In this document: piece by piece, positions 17,950 to 27,514 of the stretch
Layout of the letters: every line of letters starts with the position of its first letter
Position numbering within the stretch: the first letter of the stretch is position 1
Made by a program: the position numbers and the translations under genes
The notes under the pieces: generated by a model
Database searches by the model: none
What the model saw: only the letters and a program-made list of their open reading frames with translations
Told to the model about the DNA's origin: nothing
Assembly: GCF_051903065.1 (NCBI RefSeq)
Contig: NZ_CP178438.1
DNA length: 64,000 nucleotides
From: Escherichia coli
GTDB lineage: Bacteria; Pseudomonadota; Gammaproteobacteria; Enterobacterales; Enterobacteriaceae
Strand: one strand, 5' to 3'

Positions 17950-19827
17950 ATGAGCACAAAATTCAAAACCGTTATCACCACTGCCGGTGCAGCAAAGCTG
18001 GCAGCGGCAACCGCACCGGGAGGGCGGAAGGTCAACATTACCACGATGGCCGTCGGGGATGGCGGTGGTAAATTGCCTGTCCCGGATGCCGGACAGACCG
18101 GGCTTATCCACGAAGTCTGGCGACATACGCTGAACAAAATCAGCCAGGACAAACGAAACAGTAATTATATTATCGCAGAGCTGGTTATTCCGCCGGAGGT
18201 GGGCGGTTTCTGGATGCGTGAGCTTGGCCTGTACGATGATGCGGGAACGTTAATTGCCGTGGCGAACATGGCCGAAAGTTATAAGCCTGCCCTTGCCGAA
18301 GGCTCAGGGCGTTCGCAGACCTGCCGCATGGTCATCATCGTCAGCAGTGTGGCCTCAGTGGCGCTGACCATTGACACCACAACGGTGATGGCAACGCAGG
18401 ATTACGTTGATGACAAAATTGCAGAACATGAACAGTCACGACGTCACCCTGACGCCTCGCTGACCGCAAAAGGTTTTACTCAGTTAAGCAGTGCGACCAA
18501 CAGCACGTCTGAAACGCTCGCCGCAACACCAAAAGCTGTTAAGACGGTAATGGATGAAGCGAACAAAAAAGCGCCATTAAACAGCCCTGCACTGACCGGA
18601 ACGCCAACGACGCCAACTGCGCGACAGGGAACGAATAATACTCAGATCGCAAACACGGCTTTCGTTATGGCCGCGATTGCCGCCCTTGTAGACTCGTCGC
18701 CTGACGCACTGAATACGCTGAACGAGCTGGCGGCGGCGCTGGGCAATGACCCGAATTTTGCTACCTCCATGACTAATGCGCTTGCGGGTAAGCAACCGAA
18801 AGATGCCACTCTGACGGCGCTGGCGGGGCTTGCTACTGCGGCAGACAGCTTTCCGTATTTTACGGGGAATGATGTTGCCAGTTTGGCAACCCTGACAAAA
18901 GTCGGGCGGGATATTCTGGCTAAAGCGACCATTGCTGCCGTTATCGAATACCTCGGTTTGCAGGAAACGGTAAACAGGGCCAGGAACGCGGTGCAAAAGA
19001 ATGGCGATACCTTGTCCGGCGGGATTACTTTTGAAAACGACTCAATCCTTGCCTGGATTCGAAATACTGACTGGGCGAAGATTGGATTTAAAAATGATGC
19101 CGATGGTGACGCTGATTCATACATGTGGTTTGAAACGGGGGATAACGGCAATGAATATTTCAAATGGAGAAGCCGCCAGAGTACCACAACAAAAGACCTG
19201 ATGACGCTGAAATGGGATGCACTAAATATTCTTGTTAATGCCGTCATTAATGGCTGTCTTGGAGTTGGTACGACGAATGCACTAGGTGGTAGCTCTATTG
19301 TCCTTGGTGATAATGATACCGGATTTAAACAGAATGGAGACGGTATTCTTGATGTTTATGCTAACAGTCAGCGTGTATTCCGTTTTCAGAATGGAGTGGC
19401 TATTGCTTTTAAAAATATTCAGGCAGGGGATAGTAAAAAGTTCTCGCTATCCAGCTCTAACACATCCACGAAGAATATTATCTTTAATTTATGGGGTGCT
19501 TCCAACCGTCCAGTGGTTGCAGAGTTAGGCGATGAGTCCGGATGGCATTTCTATAGCCAGCGAAATACAGATAACTCGGTAATATTTGCTGTTAACGGTC
19601 AGATGCAACCCAGCAACTGGGGGAATTTTGATTCCCGCTATGTGAAAGATGTTCGCCTGGGTACGCGAGTTGTTCAATTGATGGCGCGAGGTGGTCGTTA
19701 TGAAAAAGCCGGACACACGATTACCGGATTAAGAATCATTGGTGAAGTAGATGGCGATGATGAGGCCATCTTCAGGCCGATACAAAAATACATCAATGGC
19801 ACATGGTATAACGTTGCGCAGGTGTAA
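17950..19827 (+). CDS. H: Tail fibre protein gpH
   Basis: 625 aa; MSTKFKTVITTAGAAKLAAATAPG N-terminus as recalled for P2 H; C-terminal part AT-richer. Confidence 0.88.
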   Translation: MSTKFKTVITTAGAAKLAAATAPGGRKVNITTMAVGDGGGKLPVPDAGQTGLIHEVWRHTLNKISQDKRNSNYIIAELVIPPEVGGFWMRELGLYDDAGTLIAVANMAESYKPALAEGSGRSQTCRMVIIVSSVASVALTIDTTTVMATQDYVDDKIAEHEQSRRHPDASLTAKGFTQLSSATNSTSETLAATPKAVKTVMDEANKKAPLNSPALTGTPTTPTARQGTNNTQIANTAFVMAAIAALVDSSPDALNTLNELAAALGNDPNFATSMTNALAGKQPKDATLTALAGLATAADSFPYFTGNDVASLATLTKVGRDILAKATIAAVIEYLGLQETVNRARNAVQKNGDTLSGGITFENDSILAWIRNTDWAKIGFKNDADGDADSYMWFETGDNGNEYFKWRSRQSTTTKDLMTLKWDALNILVNAVINGCLGVGTTNALGGSSIVLGDNDTGFKQNGDGILDVYANSQRVFRFQNGVAIAFKNIQAGDSKKFSLSSSNTSTKNIIFNLWGASNRPVVAELGDESGWHFYSQRNTDNSVIFAVNGQMQPSNWGNFDSRYVKDVRLGTRVVQLMARGGRYEKAGHTITGLRIIGEVDGDDEAIFRPIQKYINGTWYNVAQV

Positions 19828-19830
19828 GTA

Positions 19831-20358
19831 ATGCAGCATTTAAAGAACATTAAGTCAGGTAATCCAAAAACAAAAGAGCAATATCAGCTAACAAAGAATT
19901 TTGATGTTATCTGGTTATGGTCCGAAGACGGAAAAAACTGGTATGAGGAAGTAAGTAATTTTCAGCCAGACACAATAAAGATTGTTTACGATGAAAATAA
20001 TATTATTGTCGCCATCACCAGAGATGCTTCAACGCTTAATCCTGAAGGTTTTAGCGTCGTTGAGGTTCCTGATATTACTGCCAACCGGCGTGCTGATGAC
20101 TCAGGTAAATGGATGTTTAAGGATGGTGCCGTGATTAAGCGGATTTATACGGCAGACGAACAGCAGAAACTGGCGGAATTACATAAGGCAGCTTTGCTTT
20201 CCGAAGCTGAATCCGTGATTTTGCCGCTGGAGCGCGCGGTCAGGCTGAATATGGCAACAGATGAGGAGCGTAGTCGACTGGAGGCATGGGAACGCTATAG
20301 TGTTCTGGTCAGTCGTGTGGATCCTGCAAATCCTGAATGGCCGGAAATGCCGCAATAA
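19831..20358 (+). CDS. G: Tail fibre assembly chaperone gpG
   Basis: 175 aa [21 protein letters not shown]2 G-like. Confidence 0.88.
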   Translation: MQHLKNIKSGNPKTKEQYQLTKNFDVIWLWSEDGKNWYEEVSNFQPDTIKIVYDENNIIVAITRDASTLNPEGFSVVEVPDITANRRADDSGKWMFKDGAVIKRIYTADEQQKLAELHKAALLSEAESVILPLERAVRLNMATDEERSRLEAWERYSVLVSRVDPANPEWPEMPQ

Positions 20359-20457
20359 GTTGTATGAGCTCTGGTGTGAGCTTACATATCTATGGCACAG
20401 AGTAAAGCCTAATCTGACAGTCCGTTCTGTGCCAGTAGCGGACGTTTGAATAAATTA

Positions 20458-20486
20458 TTGACTAACTAAAGTTTTTGGCATTAAAT
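20458..20486 (+). promoter_or_regulatory. Putative sigma70 promoter for the HEPN-motif cargo gene
   Basis: TTGACT, 17-bp spacer, TTAAAT; ~35 bp upstream of GGAG RBS and ATG 20527. Confidence 0.35.
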
Positions 20487-20526
20487 TTTCAATTAAAATG
20501 TTCGCATTGATTTATTGGAGTAAATA

Positions 20527-21480
20527 ATGGATATACATGCAAAAAGAGTTGGCAGTCCACTTTATAAAATTATTATGTACTTAAATAAGTATGAAGAAGA
20601 TACACTGGAAGACATAAAACTTCAGTTTCTTTTAAAAAATTTAAAAACTCATTTCAAGAAACTGTTTTATATGATTACTTACATTAATAAAATTCAAAAA
20701 GATGCTGAGTTCATCAGAAAACATGATGCAACATCAATTGTCAGCATTAGTGCTATTGAGTATTGCTATTATAAAATCAGCACGATATGGGATATTGCAT
20801 ATCAGATAGCTGATAAATTAATTTTCCCAACTAAAAAAAATGGCAATAAATATGATTACCTTGAAAATCATTTCCAGCAATATGCACAGGAATTTCCAGA
20901 TTTGAATTTAAAATGGTATAAGGACTTTAATAAAATAAGAAATAAGATAGTTCATGGAGGGATAACAGTAAATCCTTATTATGTCAACGATGATAATATT
21001 AAAACAAAGATTTGTTTCCAAGCATATGACTCTGATCTAAACGATCTGATTCAACCTCATATGATGTATTCAAATAGATTCAATAACAATATTAATTTTG
21101 CTGATTACTATTTTACCTTTTATACTCATCTTCTCTATTCATATCTTTTTGATTTTTTTGATTTTGTACTTCTTGAGCTAAACAAAGATAAATCACATGA
21201 TTTAGACAATCTTATTCTTGATGATATACCGCACAAATTGTTTGGTGCTCATCATGAAACATGGTTGTTATCTGATGTTGATCAATTTATGAAAATTACA
21301 AGAGAAATGATTTCCCTACAAATAGCTGATGGTTGTTTAAATAAAATTGAGAAAATACCCTCAAGTGATATTGAACATTTTTTTAACAACTTTCCATTTT
21401 GTCTTATGACAAAGGTTAGCTCCGGAGATTGGGTATTGGTTGAGGATAAAGCGGCTGAAACAAAGTCATCGGACACTTAA
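20527..21480 (+). CDS. HEPN-motif (Rx4H) protein, Abi-like candidate, cargo in the G-FI (Z/fun) hotspot
   Basis: 317 aa; very AT-rich, Lys/Asn/Tyr/Phe-rich; motif RNKIVHGG (R-x4-H); own promoter-like elements. Confidence 0.55.
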   Translation: MDIHAKRVGSPLYKIIMYLNKYEEDTLEDIKLQFLLKNLKTHFKKLFYMITYINKIQKDAEFIRKHDATSIVSISAIEYCYYKISTIWDIAYQIADKLIFPTKKNGNKYDYLENHFQQYAQEFPDLNLKWYKDFNKIRNKIVHGGITVNPYYVNDDNIKTKICFQAYDSDLNDLIQPHMMYSNRFNNNINFADYYFTFYTHLLYSYLFDFFDFVLLELNKDKSHDLDNLILDDIPHKLFGAHHETWLLSDVDQFMKITREMISLQIADGCLNKIEKIPSSDIEHFFNNFPFCLMTKVSSGDWVLVEDKAAETKSSDT

Positions 21481-21774
21481 ATTTTTTTTGTGCCAAAGTC
21501 TACTCCTCGCTCGTCACAGGCTTTGGCATTCGTTTCAACAACCAAGTGATAGCATATATTGTGACCTGCACCCCGTTGATTCATACATCCTCGATGTAAG
21601 CAATCCCTTGAGAACGTCCACTCCTCGCTCTTAGCAGATCACACGGTTCTTCAAACGATCCGCTTCGTACCAGAAACGAACTTTTATCTCAAATTTGAAC
21701 CTTTTAGTGGATGACGACGTTTGTGTCTTCAAGTAGTCTTAAAAGCATGCGGATAGTGCATAGGAAAAGCAGAA

Positions 21775-22611
21775 GTGATCGATGACCCACTACCAGAAAA
21801 CTGGCAAGACCTCCAGACAGGGGTCCAACGTATATTCCGTAATGTTGGCTTGTTTGCAGAAGTCGAGGTCGATTTAGAAACCCCGCGTGGCTCGGTGAAT
21901 GTGGATGTTCTTGCTACAGATGTTAGGAGCGTGGACAAAATCAGATACATTGTGGAATGCAAAAACTGGGGTAGTTCTATACCACAGACGGTGGTCCATT
22001 CGTTCACCACGGTAATGCATGAAACCGGGGCTAATATTGGATTTATTATTTCAAAGCACGGGCTTCAGCAGGGTGCTAAACAGTACACTCAAAACACCAA
22101 TATTATTGGGATGACATACCTTGAGTTCCAAAAAAGGTATTTTGAGGCTTGGTGGAATAGATACTTTTGTCCACGTATCGGTGATGCTGCAGACGAACCG
22201 CTTCAGTACGTCGAACCAATCAACTCTAAACGAGATCGCGAATACGCCAAGCTAAGCCTTCAAGCACAAGAGAAGTTCGATCAGTTAAGGCAAGAGAAAG
22301 GTGTATCAGTAGTGGTTCTCTCTATGCTCAATTACAAGTTTATGTCGAAAGCATTAAACACTGGTAACTTGCTGGAAGTCCCAAATAATCTGGATGATTT
22401 TAAGAACAGAGTTCTCTCCCGAATATGTCCTCACATTGAATGGCATTGTGATACGTACAGAGAGCTGCTAGAGCTCATCTTGCAATACTTATCAGTCACA
22501 AAAGCAGAGTTTGATGCAATATTTGGTCGGGCCATCTTTGAACCGCCAAGTAGTATCACGGGGGTTACGGCTGAAGGTCCCCCTTTAGACGATGGTATTT
22601 ATCATCATTAG
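21775..22611 (+). CDS. PD-(D/E)xK restriction-endonuclease-like (Mrr_cat-like) protein, cargo in the G-FI hotspot
   Basis: 278 aa, GTG start; N-terminal VNVDVLATD ... YIVECKNW (D ... E-x-K nuclease signature). Confidence 0.55.
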   Translation: MIDDPLPENWQDLQTGVQRIFRNVGLFAEVEVDLETPRGSVNVDVLATDVRSVDKIRYIVECKNWGSSIPQTVVHSFTTVMHETGANIGFIISKHGLQQGAKQYTQNTNIIGMTYLEFQKRYFEAWWNRYFCPRIGDAADEPLQYVEPINSKRDREYAKLSLQAQEKFDQLRQEKGVSVVVLSMLNYKFMSKALNTGNLLEVPNNLDDFKNRVLSRICPHIEWHCDTYRELLELILQYLSVTKAEFDAIFGRAIFEPPSSITGVTAEGPPLDDGIYHH

Positions 22612-22732
22612 TTTCATACATAAACCATGCTCCCGCATGTCCGCATTTCGCTCAAAGCAGACTGTCAGATTTGATAGCGTTTGGGCTATGTAAACTGTCA
22701 GTCGGAAAATGAGTGTGTGCAAATCAGGACAG

Positions 22733-22760
22733 GCGGGCGAATTGCCCGCATTTTCTTTAT
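22733..22760 (+). terminator. Rho-independent terminator after the G-FI cargo genes
   Basis: GCGGGC-GAATT-GCCCGC followed by TTTTCTTTAT. Confidence 0.6.
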
Positions 22761-22762
22761 CT

Positions 22763-22772
22763 GTTGTTTCAT
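22763..22772 (+). promoter_or_regulatory. Late-promoter-associated motif TGTTGTTTCA upstream of FI (P_F region)
   Basis: ~92 bp upstream of FI start; third copy of the TGTTGT(G/T)TCA motif. Confidence 0.45.
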
Positions 22773-22854
22773 CCACTGACCAGCCAGGTCAAATGGCGTC
22801 TCATGCACTGCCCAACAGAAAATAGTTGCACCCATTAACCACGGAGTTAAACGG

Positions 22855-24045
22855 ATGAGCGACTATCATCATGGCGTGCAGGTGCTGGAGATTAACGACG
22901 GCACCCGCGTCATTTCCACCGTATCCACTGCCATTGTCGGCATGGTCTGCACGGCCAGCGATGCGGATGCGGAAATCTTCCCCCTCAATAAACCGGTGCT
23001 GATTACCAATGTGCAGAGCGCAATTGCAAAGGCCGGTAAAAAAGGCACGCTGGCGGCATCGTTGCAGGCCATCGCCGACCAGTCAAAACCGGTCACAGTT
23101 GTCGTGCGCGTGGAAGACGGCACCGGCGATGACGAAGAAACGAAACTCGCGCAGACCGTTTCCAATATCATCGGCACCACCGACGAAAACGGTCAGTACA
23201 CCGGACTGAAAGCCCTGCTGGCGGCGGAGTCGGTAACCGGTGTTAAACCGCGTATTCTCGGCGTGCCGGGACTGGACACCAAAGAGGTGGCTGTTGCACT
23301 GGCATCAGTCTGTCAGAAGCTGCGCGCTTTCGGGTATATCAGCGCATGGGGCTGTAAAACCATTTCCGAGGTGAAAGCCTACCGTCAGAATTTCAGCCAG
23401 CGTGAGCTGATGGTCATCTGGCCGGATTTCCTCGCATGGGATACGGTCAGCAGCACCACCGCCACCGCGTATGCCACCGCCCGTGCGCTGGGTCTGCGCG
23501 CTAAAATCGACCAGGAGCAGGGCTGGCATAAAACGCTGTCCAATGTCGGGGTAAACGGTGTTACCGGCATCAGTGCTTCTGTATTCTGGGATTTGCAGGA
23601 GTCCGGCACCGATGCTGACCTGCTTAACGAGTCAGGCGTCACTACGCTGATTCGTCGCGACGGTTTCCGATTCTGGGGTAACCGTACCTGCTCTGATGAC
23701 CCGCTGTTCCTCTTTGAAAACTACACCCGCACCGCGCAGGTGCTGGCCGACACGATGGCTGAGGCGCACATGTGGGCGGTGGACAAGCCCATCACCGCAA
23801 CGCTGATTCGCGACATCGTTGACGGCATCAATGCCAAATTCCGTGAGCTGAAAACAAACGGCTATATCGTGGATGCGACCTGCTGGTTCAGCGAAGAATC
23901 CAACGATGCGGAAACCCTCAAGGCCGGAAAACTGTATATCGACTACGACTATACACCGGTGCCTCCTCTCGAAAACCTGACCCTGCGCCAGCGTATTACC
24001 GATAAATACCTGGCAAATCTGGTCACCTCGGTTAACAGCAATTAA
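22855..24045 (+). CDS. FI: Tail sheath protein FI
   Basis: 396 aa, P2 FI-like. Confidence 0.9.
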   Translation: MSDYHHGVQVLEINDGTRVISTVSTAIVGMVCTASDADAEIFPLNKPVLITNVQSAIAKAGKKGTLAASLQAIADQSKPVTVVVRVEDGTGDDEETKLAQTVSNIIGTTDENGQYTGLKALLAAESVTGVKPRILGVPGLDTKEVAVALASVCQKLRAFGYISAWGCKTISEVKAYRQNFSQRELMVIWPDFLAWDTVSSTTATAYATARALGLRAKIDQEQGWHKTLSNVGVNGVTGISASVFWDLQESGTDADLLNESGVTTLIRRDGFRFWGNRTCSDDPLFLFENYTRTAQVLADTMAEAHMWAVDKPITATLIRDIVDGINAKFRELKTNGYIVDATCWFSEESNDAETLKAGKLYIDYDYTPVPPLENLTLRQRITDKYLANLVTSVNSN

Positions 24046-24057
24046 GGAGCCTGACCG

Positions 24058-24576
24058 ATGGCAATGCCGCGCAAACTCAAGTTAATGAACGTCTTTCTGA
24101 ACGGCTACAGCTATCAGGGCGTTGCAAAGTCCGTCACGCTGCCAAAACTGACCCGTAAGCTCGAAAACTATCGCGGTGCGGGGATGAACGGCAGCGCACC
24201 GGTAGACCTCGGCCTTGATGATGATGCGCTGTCAATGGAGTGGTCGCTCGGGGGCTTCCCGGATTCGGTTATCTGGGAGCTTTACGCCGCAACCGGCGTG
24301 GATGCCGTGCCGATTCGTTTTGCAGGCTCTTACCAGCGCGACGATACCGGCGAAACGGTGGCCGTCGAAGTGGTCATGCGTGGACGTCAGAAAGAAATCG
24401 ACACCGGCGAGGGCAAACAGGGAGAAGACACCGAGTCGAAAATCTCCGTGGTCTGCACCTATTTCCGGCTGACGATGGACGGTAAGGAGCTGGTCGAAAT
24501 CGACACCATCAACATGATTGAGAAGGTGAACGGCGTCGACCGGCTGGAGCAACACCGCCGCAATATCGGCCTGTGA
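24058..24576 (+). CDS. FII: Tail tube protein FII
   Basis: 172 aa, follows sheath. Confidence 0.9.
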   Translation: MAMPRKLKLMNVFLNGYSYQGVAKSVTLPKLTRKLENYRGAGMNGSAPVDLGLDDDALSMEWSLGGFPDSVIWELYAATGVDAVPIRFAGSYQRDDTGETVAVEVVMRGRQKEIDTGEGKQGEDTESKISVVCTYFRLTMDGKELVEIDTINMIEKVNGVDRLEQHRRNIGL

Positions 24577-24632
24577 TTTTCATCCGGTCAGCCTGGCTGA
24601 CCGGTTAACCCCGATTCAGAAGAGAGAAAACC

Positions 24633-24908
24633 ATGAACAAAGAAAATGTGATTACCCTGGACAATCCGGTCAAGCGTGGTGAGCAGGTTATCGAACAGGT
24701 CACGCTGATGAAACCCAATGCCGGGACGCTGCGCGGTGTCAGTCTGGCTGCGGTCGCGAACTCTGAAGTCGATGCACTGATTAAGGTGCTGCCGCGCATG
24801 ACGGCACCGATGCTGACCGAGCAGGAAGTCGCCGCGCTGGAACTGCCTGACCTTGTGGCGCTGGCCGGTAAGGTGGTCGGTTTTTTGTCGCCGAACTCGG
24901 TGCAGTGA
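24633..24908 (+). CDS. E: Tail assembly chaperone gpE
   Basis: 91 aa; ends just after slippery TTTTTTG. Confidence 0.85.
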   Translation: MNKENVITLDNPVKRGEQVIEQVTLMKPNAGTLRGVSLAAVANSEVDALIKVLPRMTAPMLTEQEVAALELPDLVALAGKVVGFLSPNSVQ

Positions 24909-25060
24909 CGTTTCCGAAAAATCTCTCGGTCGATGACCTGATGGCAGATGTGGCTGTGATATTTCACTGGCCGCCATCAGAACTGTATCCCATGAGCCTG
25001 ACCGAACTCATCACATGGCGCGAAAAGGCGCTCCGGCGAAGCGGAAACACGAATGAGTAA
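24633..25060 (+). CDS. E': Tail assembly chaperone E+E' made by programmed -1 frameshift at TTTTTTG (24881-24887)
   Basis: -1 frame stays open from the slippery site to TAA at 25058-25060, giving ~142 aa; overlaps the T start. Confidence 0.7.
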
Positions 25061-27500
25061 CAATGTAAAATTACAGGTATTGCTCAGGGCTGTTGACCAG
25101 GCATCCCGCCCGTTTAAATCCATCCGTACAGCGAGCAAGTCGCTGTCGGGGGATATCCGGGAAACACAAAAATCACTGCGCGAGCTGAACGGTCAGGCGT
25201 TCCGTATTGAGGGATTTCGCAAGACCAGTGCGCAGCTCGCCGTGACTGGTCATGCACTTGAAAAGGCTCGGCAGGAAGCCGAAGCCCTTGCCACACAGTT
25301 TAAAAACACCGAACGTCCGACCCGTGCTCAGGCGAAAGTGCTGGAATCCGCAAAGCGTGCGGCGGAGGACTTACAGGCGAAATATAACCGCCTGACGGAT
25401 TCCGTTAAGCGCCAGCAGCGGGAACTGGCCGCTGTGGGAATTAATACCCGCAATCTTGCACATGATGAGCAGGGGCTGAAAAACCGTATCAGTGAAACCA
25501 CCGCACAGCTTAACCGTCAGCGCGACGCACTGGCGCGTGTCAGTGCACAACAGGCAAAACTTAACGCAGTAAAACAGCGTTATCAGGCCGGAAAGGAACT
25601 GGCAGGAAATATGGCCTCAGTGGGCGCTGCCGGTGTGGGGATTGCTGCTGCGGGAACGATGGCCGGTGTTAAGCTGCTGATGCCCGGTTATGAGTTTGCG
25701 CAGAAAAACTCAGAATTGCAGGCTGTGCTCGGTGTGGCAAAAGACTCCGCCGAAATGGCCGCATTACGCAAACAGGCGCGCCAGCTCGGCGACAATACCG
25801 CCGCCTCGGCAGATGATGCAGCCGGTGCGCAGATTATTATTGCGAAAGCCGGTGGGGATGTTGATGCCATTCAGGCGGCAACGCCGGTCACGCTGAACAT
25901 GGCGCTGGCGAACCGCCGCACGATGGAAGAAAACGCCGCCCTGCTGATGGGGATGAAATCCGCCTTTCAGCTTTCAAACGATAAGGTCGCTCATATCGGG
26001 GATGTTCTCTCCATGACGATGAACAAAACCGCCGCCGATTTTGACGGCATGAGCGATGCGCTGACCTATGCCGCACCTGTGGCAAAAAATGCCGGTGTCA
26101 GCATTGAAGAAACCGCCGCAATGGTCGGGGCGCTGCATGATGCAAAAATTACAGGCTCAATGGCGGGGACGGGAAGCCGTGCCGTGTTAAGTCGCCTGCA
26201 GGCACCAACGGGAAAAGCATGGGATGCACTCAAAGAGCTTGGCGTGAAAACCTCAGACAGCAAGGGAAACACCCGGCCAATATTTACCATTCTGAAAGAA
26301 ATGCAGGCCAGTTTTGAGAAAAACCGGCTCGGTACTGCCCAGCAGGCTGAATACATGAAAACTATTTTCGGGGAGGAGGCCAGCTCAGCCGCCGCCGTGC
26401 TGATGACTGCCGCCTCAACCGGAAAGCTGGACAAACTGACCGCTGCGTTTAAAGCCTCAGACGGGAAGACTGCCGAGCTGGTAAATATCATGCAGGACAA
26501 CCTCGGCGGTGACTTTAAGGAGTTTCAGTCCGCTTATGAGGCGGTAGGGACAGACCTGTTTGACCAGCAGGAAGGCGCACTGCGTAAGCTCACACAGACG
26601 GCCACAAAGTATGTGTTAAAACTCGACGGCTGGATACAGAAAAACAAATCACTGGCGTCAACCATTGGCATCATTGCCGGTGGCGCGCTGGCGCTTACTG
26701 GCATCATCGGTGCCATTGGTCTTGTAGCCTGGCCGGTTATCACCGGCATCAATGCCATCATCGCTGCAGCAGGCGCAATGGGGGCAATTTTCACGACGGT
26801 TGGCAGTGCCGTTATGACGGCCATCGGGGCGATTAGCTGGCCGGTAGTGGCCGTGGTGGCCGCCATTGTCGCCGGAGCGTTACTTATCCGTAAATACTGG
26901 GAGCCTGTCAGCGCATTCTTTGGCGGTGTGGTTGAAGGGCTGAAAGCGGCATTTGCGCCGGTGGGGGAGCTGTTCACGCCACTGAAACCGGTGTTTGACT
27001 GGCTGGGCGAAAAGTTACAGGCCGCGTGGCAGTGGTTTAAAAACCTGATTGCCCCGGTTAAAGCCACCCAGGACACCCTGAACCGTTGCCGTGACACGGG
27101 CGTCATGTTCGGGCAGGCACTGGCTGACGCGCTGATGCTGCCGCTTAATGCGTTCAACAAACTGCGCAGCGGTATTGACTGGGTACTGGAAAAACTCGGT
27201 GTTATCAACAAAGAGTCAGACACACTTGACCAGACCGCCGCCAGAACTCAAGCCGCCACGTATGGCAGCGTTGGTTATATTCCGGCGACCAGCTCTTATG
27301 CAGGCTATCAGGCTTATCAGCCGGTTACGGCACCGGCTGGCCGCTCTTATGTAGACCAGAGTAAAAACGAATATCACATTAACCTGACGGGTGGTTCTGC
27401 GCCGGGAACACAGCTTGACCGCCAGTTACAGGATGCGCTCGAAAAATACGAGCGGGATAAACGTGCGCGCGCCCGTGCCAGCATGATGCATGACGGTTAA
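25053..27500 (+). CDS. T: Tail tape measure protein gpT
   Basis: 815 aa, coiled-coil N-terminus and Gly/Ala-rich hydrophobic middle region. Confidence 0.9.
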   Translation: MSNNVKLQVLLRAVDQASRPFKSIRTASKSLSGDIRETQKSLRELNGQAFRIEGFRKTSAQLAVTGHALEKARQEAEALATQFKNTERPTRAQAKVLESAKRAAEDLQAKYNRLTDSVKRQQRELAAVGINTRNLAHDEQGLKNRISETTAQLNRQRDALARVSAQQAKLNAVKQRYQAGKELAGNMASVGAAGVGIAAAGTMAGVKLLMPGYEFAQKNSELQAVLGVAKDSAEMAALRKQARQLGDNTAASADDAAGAQIIIAKAGGDVDAIQAATPVTLNMALANRRTMEENAALLMGMKSAFQLSNDKVAHIGDVLSMTMNKTAADFDGMSDALTYAAPVAKNAGVSIEETAAMVGALHDAKITGSMAGTGSRAVLSRLQAPTGKAWDALKELGVKTSDSKGNTRPIFTILKEMQASFEKNRLGTAQQAEYMKTIFGEEASSAAAVLMTAASTGKLDKLTAAFKASDGKTAELVNIMQDNLGGDFKEFQSAYEAVGTDLFDQQEGALRKLTQTATKYVLKLDGWIQKNKSLASTIGIIAGGALALTGIIGAIGLVAWPVITGINAIIAAAGAMGAIFTTVGSAVMTAIGAISWPVVAVVAAIVAGALLIRKYWEPVSAFFGGVVEGLKAAFAPVGELFTPLKPVFDWLGEKLQAAWQWFKNLIAPVKATQDTLNRCRDTGVMFGQALADALMLPLNAFNKLRSGIDWVLEKLGVINKESDTLDQTAARTQAATYGSVGYIPATSSYAGYQAYQPVTAPAGRSYVDQSKNEYHINLTGGSAPGTQLDRQLQDALEKYERDKRARARASMMHDG

Positions 27501-27514
27501 GGAGGTGACGAAAA

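Noticed and set aside
17442-18152. 236-aa minus-strand ORF overlapping gpI/gpH
   Set aside because: Antisense to conserved baseplate and tail-fibre genes in a GC-rich region; no RBS; typical shadow ORF
26534-27223. 229-aa minus-strand ORF inside the tape measure gene
   Set aside because: Ala/Ser/Thr/Pro-rich low-complexity translation of the antisense strand of a Gly/Ala-rich gene; artefact
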